Positions 35,323 through 48,244 of a stretch of 64,000 nucleotides of DNA are shown in pieces. This DNA comes from Malacoraja senta (taxonomy: Eukaryota). The position numbers and the translations under genes are program-made. The DNA lies in contig CM075987.1 of the NCBI GenBank assembly GCA_038087875.1, forward strand, positions 19,532,001 through 19,596,000, read 5' to 3'. The notes beneath the pieces were generated by a model. It was given only the letters and a program-made list of their open reading frames with translations. It was not told the DNA's origin and ran no database searches. Positions within the stretch are counted from its first letter, which is position 1; each line of letters begins with the position of its first letter.

Positions 35323-35996
35323 CCGTATATTGGGCTAAGTTGGTTTGTCCGCCCTTGTCCCGTATTTGACTGCGACTACTCGGGTCAAGGGGTCTGTTGG
35401 GTCGGAGCGCTGCGACAGGCCCCGCCTCACCCGTCCCGATGCATGTGCAACCCATGGAGTGCAGCAGCAGCGCCTCGCCCATGGCCCCGTCGGTCAGCAG
35501 CCCGGCTAGCTGTCTGACCTTCGGACCTTCGCTTATTCCTTCTCATGACCGATCATCGGTTCATGAGTTGGATGGGGTGCAGGATGTTACGTGCGACGTC
35601 GCGTGGCCTGGGCCAAAACTCCTCAACTGGCCCGCCAGCTGGGATTTGTGTGCAGTCCAGCACCCGGGCCAACTCATCATTTACCCAGCCACGGCCGAGT
35701 CGGTCAACGAATTGCCATTGTGAATTTGTCCCTTATTTTGACCTTTTGTCCCTTATTTGGGAGTGAGAAAGTTGGCAACCCTAGACCTGACAGAAGTATA
35801 TTAAATTATGAGAGGCATAGATAAGGTGGACAGAACCTTTTTCTCAGGGTGGAAATGTCAAAGACTAGACAAAAGGGCTTTAAGGTGGGAGGGTGGAAGT
35901 TTCCTCTGGCACCTCAAAGACATGCGGGTAACTGCAGCACTACTTTCCTAATTTTGTATTCAATTCCCCTTGTGAAAAGGGTCAACATATCTGTCT

Positions 35997-36630
35997 GTCC
36001 AAGTGTGCCGGCTAAAGTCGTGGTGCCGTGTTGCAGTACCTGGAAAGGTCCCTCATAAGGCCTTTGCAGTGGTGTATGGTGGGAATCGCGGCGAAGGAAG
36101 ACGTACTGGCAGTCCTGGAGGGCAGGTGGGACGTACGTGGTGGTGAGTCCGTGGCGGGACGTTGGGACTGGGGAGAGCGTGCCCACCTGCTCCCAGAGGC
36201 GTGTCAGCATGGTCGTGGGCGGTTCCTGATGTCCACGTGCCGCCGGGATGAAGTCCCCTGGGACCGTAAACAGGGCGCTGTACACCAGCACTGCCGAGGA
36301 AATTGCCAGGTCCTTTTTTGGAGCTGTGCGTATTCCCAGCAGGACCCACAGCAACTCGTCCATCCAGTCCGGGCCCGTGAGCCGTGCCTTTAGAGATGCC
36401 TTCAGGTGCCGGTGAAAACGCTCCACTAGGCCGTTTGCTTGCGGGTGATAGGCCGTAGTGTGGTTCAGCTGAGCGCCAAGCAGCCGGGACATTGGTAACC
36501 ACAACTCGGAGGTGAACTACGCACCTCTGTCGGAGGAGATGTCCACCGGCACAGCAAAGCGGGCGATCCAGTGAGCAGCACGTGCACACATCGCAGTGGA
36601 GGTACCCGAATGCAGGACGGCTTCCAACGG
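35997..36630 (-). mobile_element. Gypsy (CsRN1-like) integrase fragment
   Basis: TTAYHPQANGLVERFHRHLK, LQRPYEGPF. Confidence 0.85.
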
Positions 36631-36632
36631 TT

Positions 36633-37630
36633 CGATACCAAAATGGCTCAGGCTGCCACAACATATAGATCGGGCCAATAAAATTTGATAGCAGCGCTGA
36701 GGAGGAGGATTTCCTGGAATGTATACGGGATGTTTTTTTAAACCAATATGTAGAAGAACCGACTAGAGGACAGGCCATCCCAGACTGCATATTGTGTAAT
36801 GAGGATTAGTTAGCGATCTTGTTGTGCAAAGCCCCTTGGGCAACAGTGATCATAATATGGTGGAATTCTGCATTTGGATGGAAAGTAACACGGTTAATTC
36901 AGAGACAGGGTCTTGAACTTAATGAAAGGAGACTTTGAAGGTATGAAACAGGAATTGGCTAGGATAGACTGGCAAATAATACTTAAAGATTTAAAGACCA
37001 CATGGATGAACTACAAAAATTGTTCATCCCTGCCTGACGAAAAAATAAAATGGGGAAGGCGGCTCAAGGATAGTGTTAAATCCAAGGAAAAGGCATATAA
37101 ATTAGCCAGAGGAAGCAGCAAACCTGGGGACTGGGAGAAATTTAGAACAAGGAGGACAAAGGGATTAAGTAAGAGGGGGAAGAAAGAGCATGAAAGAAAG
37201 CTTGCGGGGAATATAAAAACTGACTCTAAAAGCTTCTTTAGATATGTAAAAAGTAAAAGATTAGTGAAGACAAATGTAGGTTCTTTAGCGAGTCGAAACG
37301 ATAGTTGGTTTACAAACGAGCTTTATTGTTAAAGCGGTGAAAACAATGGAGATCATACAACAGCTAAACACAAAAGCTCTTACCACAACGGTGGTTGAAA
37401 GTATGAATGGGGCTTGCCCAGAAAACGCTCGAAAACAAAACCCCTCCCCACAGTCACATGACCGAGGTAGCCAACCGCATGGTTCGACTACCCACAGGCA
37501 CCAGCAGGTGCCGCTACAGTTCCATATAATCAGAGACAGGTGAATTTATAATGGGAAACAAAGAAATGGCAGAACAGTTAAACGAGTACTTTGGTTCTGT
37601 CTTCACTAAGGAAGACACAAGCAATCTCCC
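36633..37630 (+). mobile_element. CR1 ORF2 internal fragment
   Basis: Homologous to 45110-45900; interrupted by a solo LTR. Confidence 0.8.
37284..37518 (-). mobile_element. Solo LTR, 235 bp, termini TG...AA, 4-bp TSD
   Basis: Minus strand reads TGTAGCGG...CGACTCGCTAAA with an internal AATAAA; TSD gttc at 37280-37283 and 37519-37522; termini resemble the LTR at 62918-63150. Confidence 0.85.
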
Positions 37631-37639
37631 AGCAACAAT

Positions 37640-38911
37640 ACCCACCAAGTGGCGCCTTATGATGGCAGCCTCGCCAAAAGTTTGCCTCGTCATTTTCTTC
37701 TTTTGTTGTTTTTAATCTGTTGTTAAATGGCAGATGGGGCTCGTCAGCCTGGGAAGGCAGTCCATCTAGGAGCGGGGGTCCTGTAGGTGACGCTACAGGA
37801 CCCCCCCCCCCCCAGAACCCGAGGTACCGAAACGAACGAGGACCCATATGGAATGACCAGAATTTGTGGTCCACGAAGGCGGGGCCGGCATAACATGAGG
37901 GGCCGGCGAAACAGTGCCGGGAGGACGCGGGGACCGCGAAGGCGTGGCGGGCGTAACATGGGGGGCCGGCGAAACAAGGCCGGGGAATGGCAAAGGAGGA
38001 GGCGCTGTCCTGAACGGCTGCCTGTCCTGCAGCTGTCCGTTTTTACCCCTTCTTTTTTTATTATTTTTAGTACGTTGAGTGTGCAGTCAGGGGGCCTAAT
38101 CTTTTTATGTGTGGGGGGTGGTGGGGGGGAAGGGGGAAACTGCTTTTCGAGTCCCTACCTGGACGGACGGGTTGCCTTCCTCCGAGCAGCGCCTTCGACC
38201 TGTCCTTGCAGCCTACCAGCGGGTCCTGGAGCGACGTTTCCCTGAGGGGACCTGGCCAGAACATCGGCTTTGGCAGCGGCGCAGAACATCGGCTTTGGCG
38301 GCGGCGCAGAACATCGGCTTTGGCGGCGGTGCAGAACATCGACTTTGGCGGCGGTGCAGCGCTGGAGCGCTGTCGTGGAGCGGGCGATGCCTTTCCTGGG
38401 CCGCCACGCTGGAACTCCAGTATGCTGGGACCGCCGATGAGAACATCGTGGAGCCGCGGTTCTGTGGAGCGGCCAGCTGTGACGCTGAACGTTACATCCC
38501 GGAGCCTGGGATCTCTCGCTGAGATCGCCAGTGTGTGGAGCTCCGTCCGGCGCGGTCTGTTGGCTTGGAAGCCGTGGTCTCCGGTGGGAAGGCGGCCGTT
38601 CCTGGCACCCCAAGCCGCTGGGGGTTCTCCCGACGCCGGAGCACCATCACCCGGCGAGAACATCGGGCGCCGTGGCGGCGACTGTGGAGGCTTCAATAGG
38701 CCCGACTCTGGGTGGACAAGAGGATGGGGACTGGACTTTGTGCCTTCCCCCACAGTGGGAACCACTGTGGGGGGATGTTTTTGTGTTTTGGTGTTGAACT
38801 TCTTTTTGAATACTATGTTGTATTTTTATTAGTGTGCTGCAAGGACATCTGAATTTTCCCTGAATAAGGGGATTAATAAAGTCTAATCTAAATCTAAATC
38901 TAATCTAAATC
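37640..38911 (+). mobile_element. GC-rich non-coding retroposon-like composite with a (ctaaat)n tail; contains a 25-bp tandem repeat x4 at 38257-38359
   Basis: Ends in aataaagtctaatctaaatctaaatct; repeat unit cagaacatcggctttggcggcggcg. Confidence 0.55.
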
Positions 38912-38914
38912 TAA

Positions 38915-40077
38915 AGGGTGGAGGAAACAGGCGTACTCAGTACAGGCGGGACGGCCGGTGGATGACCTTTACGTCGCAGCGCAGCAACACCCCCCGGGCT
39001 GTGCACATCCACGTGGGCGGGTTTGAGACGGCCGACGGAGACGGAACTTTTCCCGGCCTCCCACGTCCACCGTGAACGTGGCGACTCCGGTTCGCAGCAC
39101 CCGGAAAGGCCCTTCATAGACCCGTTGTAATGGCGAGCGGTGAGCGTGCCTGCGGATGAAAATATAGGCACACTGTTGTAACACCGCGGGCACATGCGGG
39201 ACGAACCGTGCCTGGAAGTGGGAACAGGGACCAACGTGCTCACCCATTCTCGAAGGCCGGCCAGCAGCGCCGGGGCTGATGCGACTTGACCTGGCACATA
39301 TGGACGGGTGAGCCAGGCCAAGGACAGCGTCGAAGACCCGCCGTCTCCAACTGACGGGGACGATAGGGCGTGCGCTCCCTATGGAGACGTCACACAGGAC
39401 CATGGTGCCTGCTGCTCCGCAGGGCACATCGGCGAGCCGAGGGCCAGAAACCGCGGTGCGGTAGGTTTCTATGCCTGCGCCCGCCCGCTGCGCTGCTGCC
39501 AGCTCACTGTAGTCGACGACGTGGTCGAGGGCCGAAATGGAGGGGATGGCGGGTGGGATAAGGCGTCGGCAACTACGTTAAGTTTTCCCGCGACGTGGCG
39601 GATATCGGTCGTAAATTCCGAGATGTAGGCAAGGTGCCGCTGCTGACGGGCGAACCACGGATCAGCGATCTTACCCAGGGCGAAAGTAAGAGGCTTGTGG
39701 TCCGTGAACGCGGTGAACGCCCGGCCTTCGAGGAAATACCTGAAATGCCTGACAGCCAGGTACAGCGTTAGAAGCTCGCGGTCGAAAGCGCTGTAGTTGC
39801 ATTCCAGAGCCTGCAGCTGACAGCTGAAATAGTCCAACGGCTGCCAGCGGCCATCAACGAGCTGCTCCAGAACACCACCTACAGCAGCATCCGAGGCGTC
39901 TACGGTGAGCGCGGTAGGGGCGGAAGCACGCGGGTGCACCAACATGGTAGCGTTGACCAGGGCTGCCTTGGCACCCACGAGGTTCCGCAGTTTACCCGCC
40001 AGGCACCGGAACAGGGGGCTCATGATGTCAGCATCTGCCAGCACAAAACGGTGATAAAAATTCACTATGCCGACAAA
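38915..40077 (-). mobile_element. Gypsy (CsRN1-like) RNase H and integrase fragment with internal deletions
   Basis: TVDASD, YSAFDRELL, TDHKPL, NVVADALS, YEGPFRVL. Confidence 0.85.
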
Positions 40078-40798
40078 CATCAGCGACTGCACTTCCTGAG
40101 GAAACTAAAACAGGCCTCAATCCCCACCAACATCCTCAGGACTTTCTACAGGGGTACGGTGGAGTCTGTACTCACGTACTGTTTAAATACGTGGTACTCT
40201 ACCTGCAACTGCTCGGACAGGAAGGCTCTGCAGAGGGTAGTGAGGGGAGCAGAGAAGATCATTGGCGTCTCCCTACCCTCGGTACAAGAACTGTTCCTGA
40301 GCCGCTGTCGGAAAAAAGCTCAAAAAATTGCCAAGGACAAAATGCACCCCCTCCACATACACCTGGATCTCCTGCCATCAGGCAAGAGATATCGCAGCAT
40401 CAAAGCCCGGACTACAAGACTGCTAAACAGCTTCCTGCCATATGCTGTGAGGCTGCTAAACAGCCACTCTGTACTCACAGTCACCTGATTCTGCGGCTTG
40501 GCACGGACACTATAATAACTGGCACTGGCCACTTCAATAACTGGCACTGGCCACTCAAATCAGCCACCCCGGACATGTTTATGATTGGTCTTACTGTACT
40601 TTAATGTTGTTTGTATCTATTTTAACTTATACTGTTCCATCAGGGACTGGATTGTTTTAGTGTTGTTATTATTATGTGTGAAATGTTTTAAACGTCATGT
40701 GCGATGCTCTGGTATTCCCTGGGAAACGTCTTTTCGTTTTGCACTGCACAACTGTTGCTTGCAAGATGACAATAAAGGAATTGAATTGAATTGAATTG
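40078..40798 (+). mobile_element. Rex1-type LINE 3' fragment
   Basis: QRLHFLRKLK...FYRGTVESVLTYC...LLPSGKRYRS; (gaatt)n tail. Confidence 0.85.
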
Positions 40799-40917
40799 AA
40801 ACTCCTGTAGCCCCTTCACGGTGAGCGGCCAGGGGAACTGCCGGATGGTCTCGACCTTGCAAGATAATATTTTTGTTTAGCATCTGTTTTGCAGCATTTT
40901 TTTCTCCTTTTGGATAG

Positions 40918-40988
40918 GATGACCCCTTTAAACTGAAGACGGGAGGTATGATTGATATGAAGATCCTGAAGGACCGAAAGCGAGAAAA
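40918..40988 (+). CDS. C9orf78: C9orf78/TLS1 splicing-factor exon (71 nt)
   Basis: TAG|DDPFKLKTGGMIDMKILKDRKRE|GTGAGG. Confidence 0.88.
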
Positions 40989-42517
40989 GTGAGGAATCGG
41001 AAATGCCATTTATTTGTTAATTTCATTATTATACACAATAATATAGCCCAGCAGTCAGCCTTTCAGCCCGTGCTGCTTCAACATGGTGTTTTTAAATAAA
41101 GCTATACTTGAGGCCCAAATAAAGCCTGTTGCAGCTTTTAGACTAAATAGCAATCATGTAACTGTATGCTTTGTCATACCCACCAGTATAGTTATGTAGG
41201 TAGATTTATGCTGTTTCTGTGGTATAGAAGAATATGTAGCTTTACTGTTTTTATTTTCCATTCATTCACCCAAATGACAAAAATGCAAAGTACATAAAAC
41301 AGAAGTTTTGTTCATTTAAGATGTGTCTGAAAAAGGAACGAACTACATGGACTAAAACTCCTATAATCTGCTATCTGCATGTTTGGAAATTACTATAGCC
41401 TAGCATTTGGCTCACCTGATTGTGTTTGCTGTACGCCCTTTATACTGGCCGGGGTCCCATTTTGCCACACACCATTCAAACTTGCCTGCTTCATTAGAAA
41501 AATTATAATTTTACAGTAGCACGCTTTTTCTTATAGTTAAGGTGAATTAGAGAAATGTTGATGTACTAATAGGAGCAATACCCAACCATCCAAAAAAATG
41601 TGCCAGTTCTGCACCACAGTGTCGAAGGTGCTGAATTATCGGAATTTACTGTAATGTGAAGGGCAGAAGGCAGTGAAGTACAACTCATGCTTCCTGTGCC
41701 ACCTGGCAAGCTGGTGTGAGTTGCCTTAGTATAATTTAGACTTGACGCCTCTTTTCTCTCCTACCCCTTCCCCACATCTCTCCTTGTACCTCCATTCATA
41801 GAACGGTACCGCATGGGAACAGACCTTTCAGTCCAGGTCGAACATGACACCAAGTTAAAGTGATCTCTCTCTAGCCTACATGTGATCCATATCTTGCCAT
41901 ACCCTGCATATCCATGTGTCTATCCAAAAGCCTCTTAAATGGTATTATTGTATCTACCTGCACCACAACCCTGGCAGTGCATTCCAGGCACCCACCAATA
42001 TGGGTAAAAGCAACTTGCCCTGCACATCTCTCTTAACTTCTGCTCCCCTCACCTTAAACCTATGCCCCCCTAGTCTTTGACATTTTCACCCTGGTGGGAA
42101 AAGGGCTCCATCTATCTTATCTAGCCCTCCCATAATTTTTTTATAACCTCTATCAGGTCTTCCCTCAGCCTCCAACACTCCAGAGAAAATAATCCAAGAT
42201 TGTCCAACATGTCCTTATAGCTACCTTCCTGCCTTTAACCTGTCTGAAAGCACTTGGCCTATTTTCTGCACTCTTCTGCAACTTTGGGAAAGTGTTAAGA
42301 ATGAAAAGCAATCTATCAGCCCTTGGTATCACTTGCAGGCATTGTGATGATCATTATAAACTCTCCAATCTTGCTATTGTGTCAATGGAGCCCAGAAGTG
42401 CCATTGAAGCAGAATATTGATTAATCTGTCTGGGAAGTAATTGTGTAACTGACCCTTTTACTGCAGTCACAATGTATTTGGTTCCTAGAAACTGACCTTT
42501 TATTTTCCCTTTTCCAG

Positions 42518-42598
42518 GATAGAGGAGGAAGACACAGACTTGAACTTGGGCACATCATTTTCGGTGGAGACCAATAGACGTGACGAGGATGCTGACAT
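42518..42598 (+). CDS. C9orf78: C9orf78/TLS1 exon (81 nt)
   Basis: CAG|IEEEDTDLNLGTSFSVETNRRDEDADM|GTATGT; phase compatible with both neighbouring exons. Confidence 0.9.
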
Positions 42599-43289
42599 GT
42601 ATGTTTGGCCTTACGTGGCACATTTTTGAAATGAAAAATAGCCTTTTCCCAGAAAACAAGAAACTGTAGGTGTTTGTAATTTGAGATTAAAACAGAAAAT
42701 GTGGGCTCATCCTCCTGTCCTTTGGCTAGTGCACTTTATCCATTGTCTTGCAATTTATTTCAATTGTTTATCTGGTTCCCTTTTGTAAATTAATATTCAA
42801 TTTGCTTTCCCGCTCTTTAGTAAATGAATTCCAAATCAGAACTTGTAATTTTTAAACAAAAACTATTTTTTTTTTGATAGTTACTGTAAATCCTGCTCTC
42901 CCAAGTTATTGACACTTTTCCTGGTGGAAATATTTTTATTTTATTCACTACATCATAACCCGTTATAAATTTTTACAACTTTTAAAATCTTGTCTTCCTT
43001 TTTGAACTACATCTGCTGCATTGTTCCTCTGCAATATAAAGTCTGTTGTATTATCCTGGTAAATTTCTCAGGCCGGGCATCCAATTTAATGTTGAAAATA
43101 AGGAGGACAGATACGTGGCTTGCTATATTGATGTTTCTGCTATGGGCATTGGCGAATGCCAAAATTAGATGGATCTAATTGCTGTTAAACTTCTAACACA
43201 GGACAGTAAGAATCTTAAGACTCAGAGCTCCGTGGATTTGGAAGCAACAGCAACAAAGAGAAGCAGGAGAAAACACTGATTGGCTCTAG

Positions 43290-46200
43290 CCCGAGTGGGA
43301 GGGAGAGTTAGAAGTCAGTCAGAGGGGGAAAACAGTTTAAAACTGAGGAATGTGGGTTGTAAATTGGTAAACTAGGCAATTTATCAGTCTATATAAGCAA
43401 GGCGGCTCTTAGGGAGCGGCAGTGAGGGAGCGGGCTTGTGAGGGAAGTGCCCTGTGAGAAAAGTGTGAGTCTTTGGCTCGAGAGTCATCGGCTGAGGAGA
43501 GGGAGAGACGAAAGAAGGAGATGTCAGGCAAGCTGATTCAGTGTGATGCTTTCAGTATGTGGGAGGTCAAGGACACTGCTGGTGCCTCTGGCAGCTACAA
43601 ATGTGAGAAGTGCATCCAGGTACAGCTCCTGAAGGACCGTGTTGAGGAACTGGAGAAGCAAGTGGATGACCTCAGGTTTGTCCGAGAAACTGAGTCGTTC
43701 CTCGACAAGTCCTGCAGTAAGATTGTTACACCTAAGGTACTGGAAGAGAGAAGGTGGGTGATGGTGAGAAAGGGAGGGAAGCATGGAATGCAAACATCCC
43801 CGGGTTTTGTATCTCTTGTGAGCAGGTTCACCCACTTAGAAGCTGTCGGGACAGAAGACGTTATTACACTGAGCGGCGGACTGGCTTGCGAAGCAAAAAG
43901 GGCTGTTGAGCCAAAACCAAAGAGGCCAACGTCAGGCAATGCCATTGTAGTTGGAGACTCCATTGTTAGAGGTACGGACAGGGGTTTTCTGCGGCAACAG
44001 ACGGGATTCGAGGATGGTGTGCTGCCTTCCTGGTGCCAGGATCCAGGATGTCACAGACAGAGTGCAGAAAATCCTCAAGGGCGAAGGTGAACAGTCGGAA
44101 GTAGTAGTGCATGTCGGCACAAACGATGTCGGAAAGAAGGGGATGAATATTCTGCAGCGTGACTTTAGAGAGCTCGGAAAAATGCTGACAAGCAGGATCT
44201 CCAGGGTTGTTATCTCCGGTTTGCTTCCAGTTCCTCATGTTGGCGAGAGCAGGAACAGGGAGATACGGGACCTGAATGTGTGGCTGAGGAACTGGTGCAC
44301 GGGGCAGGGATTTAGATTCTAAGATCACTGGGATCTGTTTTGGAGTAAGGGGGAACTGTACAAAGGGGACGGATTGCATCTTAACATGTGGGGAACCAGC
44401 ATTCTGGCAGGCAGGTTTGCCACTGCTACACGGGTGGTTTTAAATTGAATAGGGAGGGTGGAGTCTCAAATGGGATAGTCGAGGATGGCGTTAAAGGGAA
44501 AGGGTTTCTTAAATGTGTGAGCAGAGAGACAGAGGGGTATAAAATGAGGGTGGAAGCAATAGGTAGCAAGGTGAAAAGTAAAAGTGGCAGGCAGACAAAT
44601 CCAGGGCAAAAAATCAAAAAGGGCCACTTTTCAACATAATTGTATAAGGGGTAAGAGTGTTGTAAAAACAAGCCTGAAGGCTTTTGTGTCTCAATGCAAG
44701 GAGCATTCGTAATAAGGTGGATGAGTTGATTGTGCAGATAGCTATTAATGACTATGATGTAGTTGGGATCACGGAGACATGGCTACAGGGTGACCAAGGC
44801 TGGGAGCTGAACATCCAGGGATATTCCATATTCAGGAGGGGATAGACAGAAAGGAAAAGGAGGTGGGGTAGCGTTGCTGGTTAGAGAGGAGATTAACGCA
44901 ATAGAAAGGAAGGACATTAGCCTGGAGGATGTGGAATCGATATGGGTAGAGCTGCGAAACACTAAGGGGCAGAAAACGCTAGTGGGGAGTTGTGTACAGG
45001 CCACCTAACAGTAGTAGTGGAGTTGGGGATGGCATCAAACAGGAAATTAGAAATGCGTGCAACAAAGGTAAAACAGTTATAATGGGAGACTTCAATCTAC
45101 ATATAGATTGGGTGAATCAAATTGGCAGGGGTGCTGAGGAAGAGGATTTCTTGGAATGTATGCGGGATAGTTTTCTAAACCAACATGTAGAGGACCCAAC
45201 AAGAGAGCAGGCTATTCTAGACTTGGTATTGAGTGATGAGGAAGGGTTAGTTAGCAGTCTTGTTGTGCGTGGCCCCTTGGGCAAGAGTGACCATAATATG
45301 GTTGAGTTCTACATTAGGATGGAGAGTGACATAATTAATTCAGAAACAAGGGTTCTGAACTTAAAGAAAGGTAACTTTGAGGGTATGAGACGTGAATTGG
45401 CCAAGATAGACTGGCAATTGATTCTTAAAGGGTTGATGGTGGATATGCAATGGAAGGCATTTAAAGGCTGCATGGATGAACTACAACAATTGTTCATCCC
45501 AGTTTGGCAAAAGAATAAATCAGGGAAGGTAGCGCATCCGTGGATAACAAGGGAAATCGGGGATAGTATCAAAACAAAAGATGAAGCATACAAATTAGCC
45601 AGAAAAAGCAGCCTACCAGAGGACTGGGAGAAATTCAGAGTCCAGCAGAGGAGGACAAAGGGCTTAATTAGGAAAGGTAAAATAGATTATGAAAGAAAAC
45701 TGGCAGGGATGATAAAAAACTGACTGCAAAAGTTTTTATAGATATGTGAAGAGAAAAAGATTAGTTAAAACAAATGTAGGTCCCTTGCAGTCAGAAACAG
45801 GCGAATTGATCATGGGGAACAAGGACATGGCAGACCAATTGAATAACTCATTTGGTTCTGTCTTCACTAAGGAAGACATAAATATTCTGCCGGAAATAGC
45901 AGGGGATCGGGGGTCAAATGAGATGGAGGAACTGAGTGAAATCCAGGTTAGCCGGGAAGTGGTGTTAGGTAAATTGAATGAATTAAAGGCCGATAAATCC
46001 CCAGGGCCAGATAGGCTGCATCCCAGAGTACTTAAGGAAATAGTGGATGCATTAGTAATAATTTTTCAAAACTCTTTAGATTCTGGAGTAGTTCCTGAGG
46101 ATTGGAGGATAGCTAATGTAACCCCACTTTTTAAAAAGGGAGGGAGAGAGAAAACGGGGAATTACAGACCACTTAGTCTAACGTTGGTAGTGAGGAAACT

Positions 46201-46880
46201 GCTAGAGTCAGTTATTAAAGATGGGATAGCAGCATATTTGGAATGTGGTGAAATCATTGGACAAAGTCAGCATCGATTTATGAAAGGGAAATCATGTCTG
46301 ACGAATCTCATAGAATTTTTCGAGGATGTAACTAGTAGAGTGGATAAAGGAGAACCAGTGGATGTGTTATATCTGGACTTTCAGGCTTTCGACAAGGTCC
46401 CACATAAGAGATTAGTATACAAACTTAAAGCACACGGTATTGGGGGTTCAGTATTGATGTGGATAGAGAACTGGCTGGCAGACAGGAAGCAAAGAGTAGG
46501 AGTAAACGGGTCCTTTTCAGAATGGCAGGCAGTGACTAGTGGGGTACCGCAAGGCTCAGTGCTTGGACCCCAGCTATTTACAATATATATTAATGATTTG
46601 GACGAGGGAAGAAAGACTGGATAGACTTGGCTTGTACTCGCTAGAATTTAGAAGATTGAGGGGGGATCTTATAGAAACTTACAAAATAGTTGAGGCCAGT
46701 TCATTGGCTATATTTAAGAGGGAATTAGATGTGGCCCTTGTGGCTAAAGGTATCAGAGGGTATGGAGAGAAGGCAGGTACAGGATACTGAGTTGGATAAT
46801 CAGCCATGATCATATTGAATGGCGGTGCAGGCTCGAAGGGCCAAATGGCCTACTCCTGCACCTATTTTCTATGTTTCTAT
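43290..46880 (+). mobile_element. CR1 LINE with ORF1 (zinc finger and SGNH esterase) and a frameshifted, internally deleted ORF2, in a C9orf78 intron
   Basis: IVVGDSIVRG, HVGTND, DGLHL; APE motifs YRPP/MGDFN/SDH; RT motifs KSPGPD and [10 protein letters not shown]; (tttctatg)n tail. Confidence 0.9.
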
Positions 46881-47419
46881 GTTAACCTGTCATTGCATAC
46901 TGAGCACAACACAAAATGCGAGAGTACCTCAGCGGGTTAGGAAACTCCAGTGGAGAGAAAGGAGCGAAGAGGTTTCAAGTCACGACCCTTCTTCAGAATG
47001 ACTGTCATGTGGGGGAAAGCTGGAAAAGAGCTTTTGGGGGTAGAACAAAGCCTGGCAAATGATAGGTGGATACAGGGGTTAGGGCTGCGATTGGGTGGAG
47101 TAAATGACAAAGACTAGAGTGAAAAGTCGATAAGAGGGCATCAGATAAGGAGGAGTAAAATATAAAAACAATATTGGGGGAAGGGGGAAGATGAGATAAG
47201 ATAGTTGGAGAAATGATGGGGGTGGGACACGGGAAACTGAGAGGGTGAGGGGGAATATTGCTTGAAATTGAAGAATTCAGTGTTGATACCTTTGGGTTGT
47301 CACCTACTCGAGCGGTGTATGATGTGCTGTTGCTCCAGTTTGTGTTTGGCCTTCCTCTGGTAATGAAGGCAGCCCAGGACAGAAAGGTTGGATATATTGA
47401 TCCCTTTGCTTCGTCTCAG

Positions 47420-47617
47420 GATGAAGTATATTGAGACGGAATTAAGGAGGAGGAAAGGAATCCTGGAAAATGAGGAACAGAAGACAAAGGTGAAAAATCC
47501 AGAAGATCAGCTCGATGAACTGCCTGATAATATCAATGTTTCTTCCGCTAAGCGTACAGAAGAAATGCTATCCAATCAGATGCTAAGTGGCATTCCAGAG
47601 GTTGATCTGGGGATCGA
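47420..47617 (+). CDS. C9orf78: C9orf78/TLS1 exon (198 nt)
   Basis: CAG|MKYIETELRRRKG...EEMLSNQMLSGIPEVDLGI|GTAAGT. Confidence 0.92.
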
Positions 47618-48244
47618 GTAAGTGTTGAATATTTCTTTTGTCCCAGTGAGAGCCATTTGAAATCTCCCTGAAAATCCTGGTTACCATGGTTCCTATTGCA
47701 CAATACACTTCATCCAGAGAACTACTCCATCTCATTGGCCTACAAGGGTTAGCAGTGATAATCATAACAACAGATAATAAATTACAGAATTTATCTTGCT
47801 TTAGCCAAAATGTTCGAAAGAATGGATACATTTTGCCAATTATTTAACATGGTTAGATGCAATATATTGTAGATGCTCAATCATAAGTCCCATTGATGCA
47901 GAAATGTTTGGGTAGACCTTTCTTTGTCATTAATTGAATGGATTGAAAAATGCAGCATGGAAACAGGCCCTTTGGCCTACCGAATCCATGCCGACCATCA
48001 CTCATTCACACTAGTTCTATGTAATCCATATTCCAGGGCTGCCAACTCTCACGCATTGAGCGTGGGACTAACGCATTTGAGGAAATTCTCACGCTGATGA
48101 CAGAGGTTCTCACGCTCAAAAAAATATTTAAAAATATATATGAATAAATAAATAAAGTCACACTCCTCCACACTCACCAATTTTTATTTATTTAGCGAAT
48201 GCACAGTCCTTTAGCCAAGCAGTTGCCTCTTGATCTGCTGTATG

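Larger units (their letters stand above)
30551..35783. mobile_element. hAT (Blackjack-like) MITE inserted in a CR1 fragment and split by the Gypsy element
   Basis: TIRs tagggttgtcaact / agttggcaacccta; 8-bp TSD aacctgac / gacctgac; tgtccc subterminal motifs. Confidence 0.85.

Noticed and set aside
38257..38359. 25-bp and 27-bp repeats as CRISPR-like arrays
   Set aside because: They are contiguous tandem units with no spacers, in eukaryotic DNA with no cas genes.
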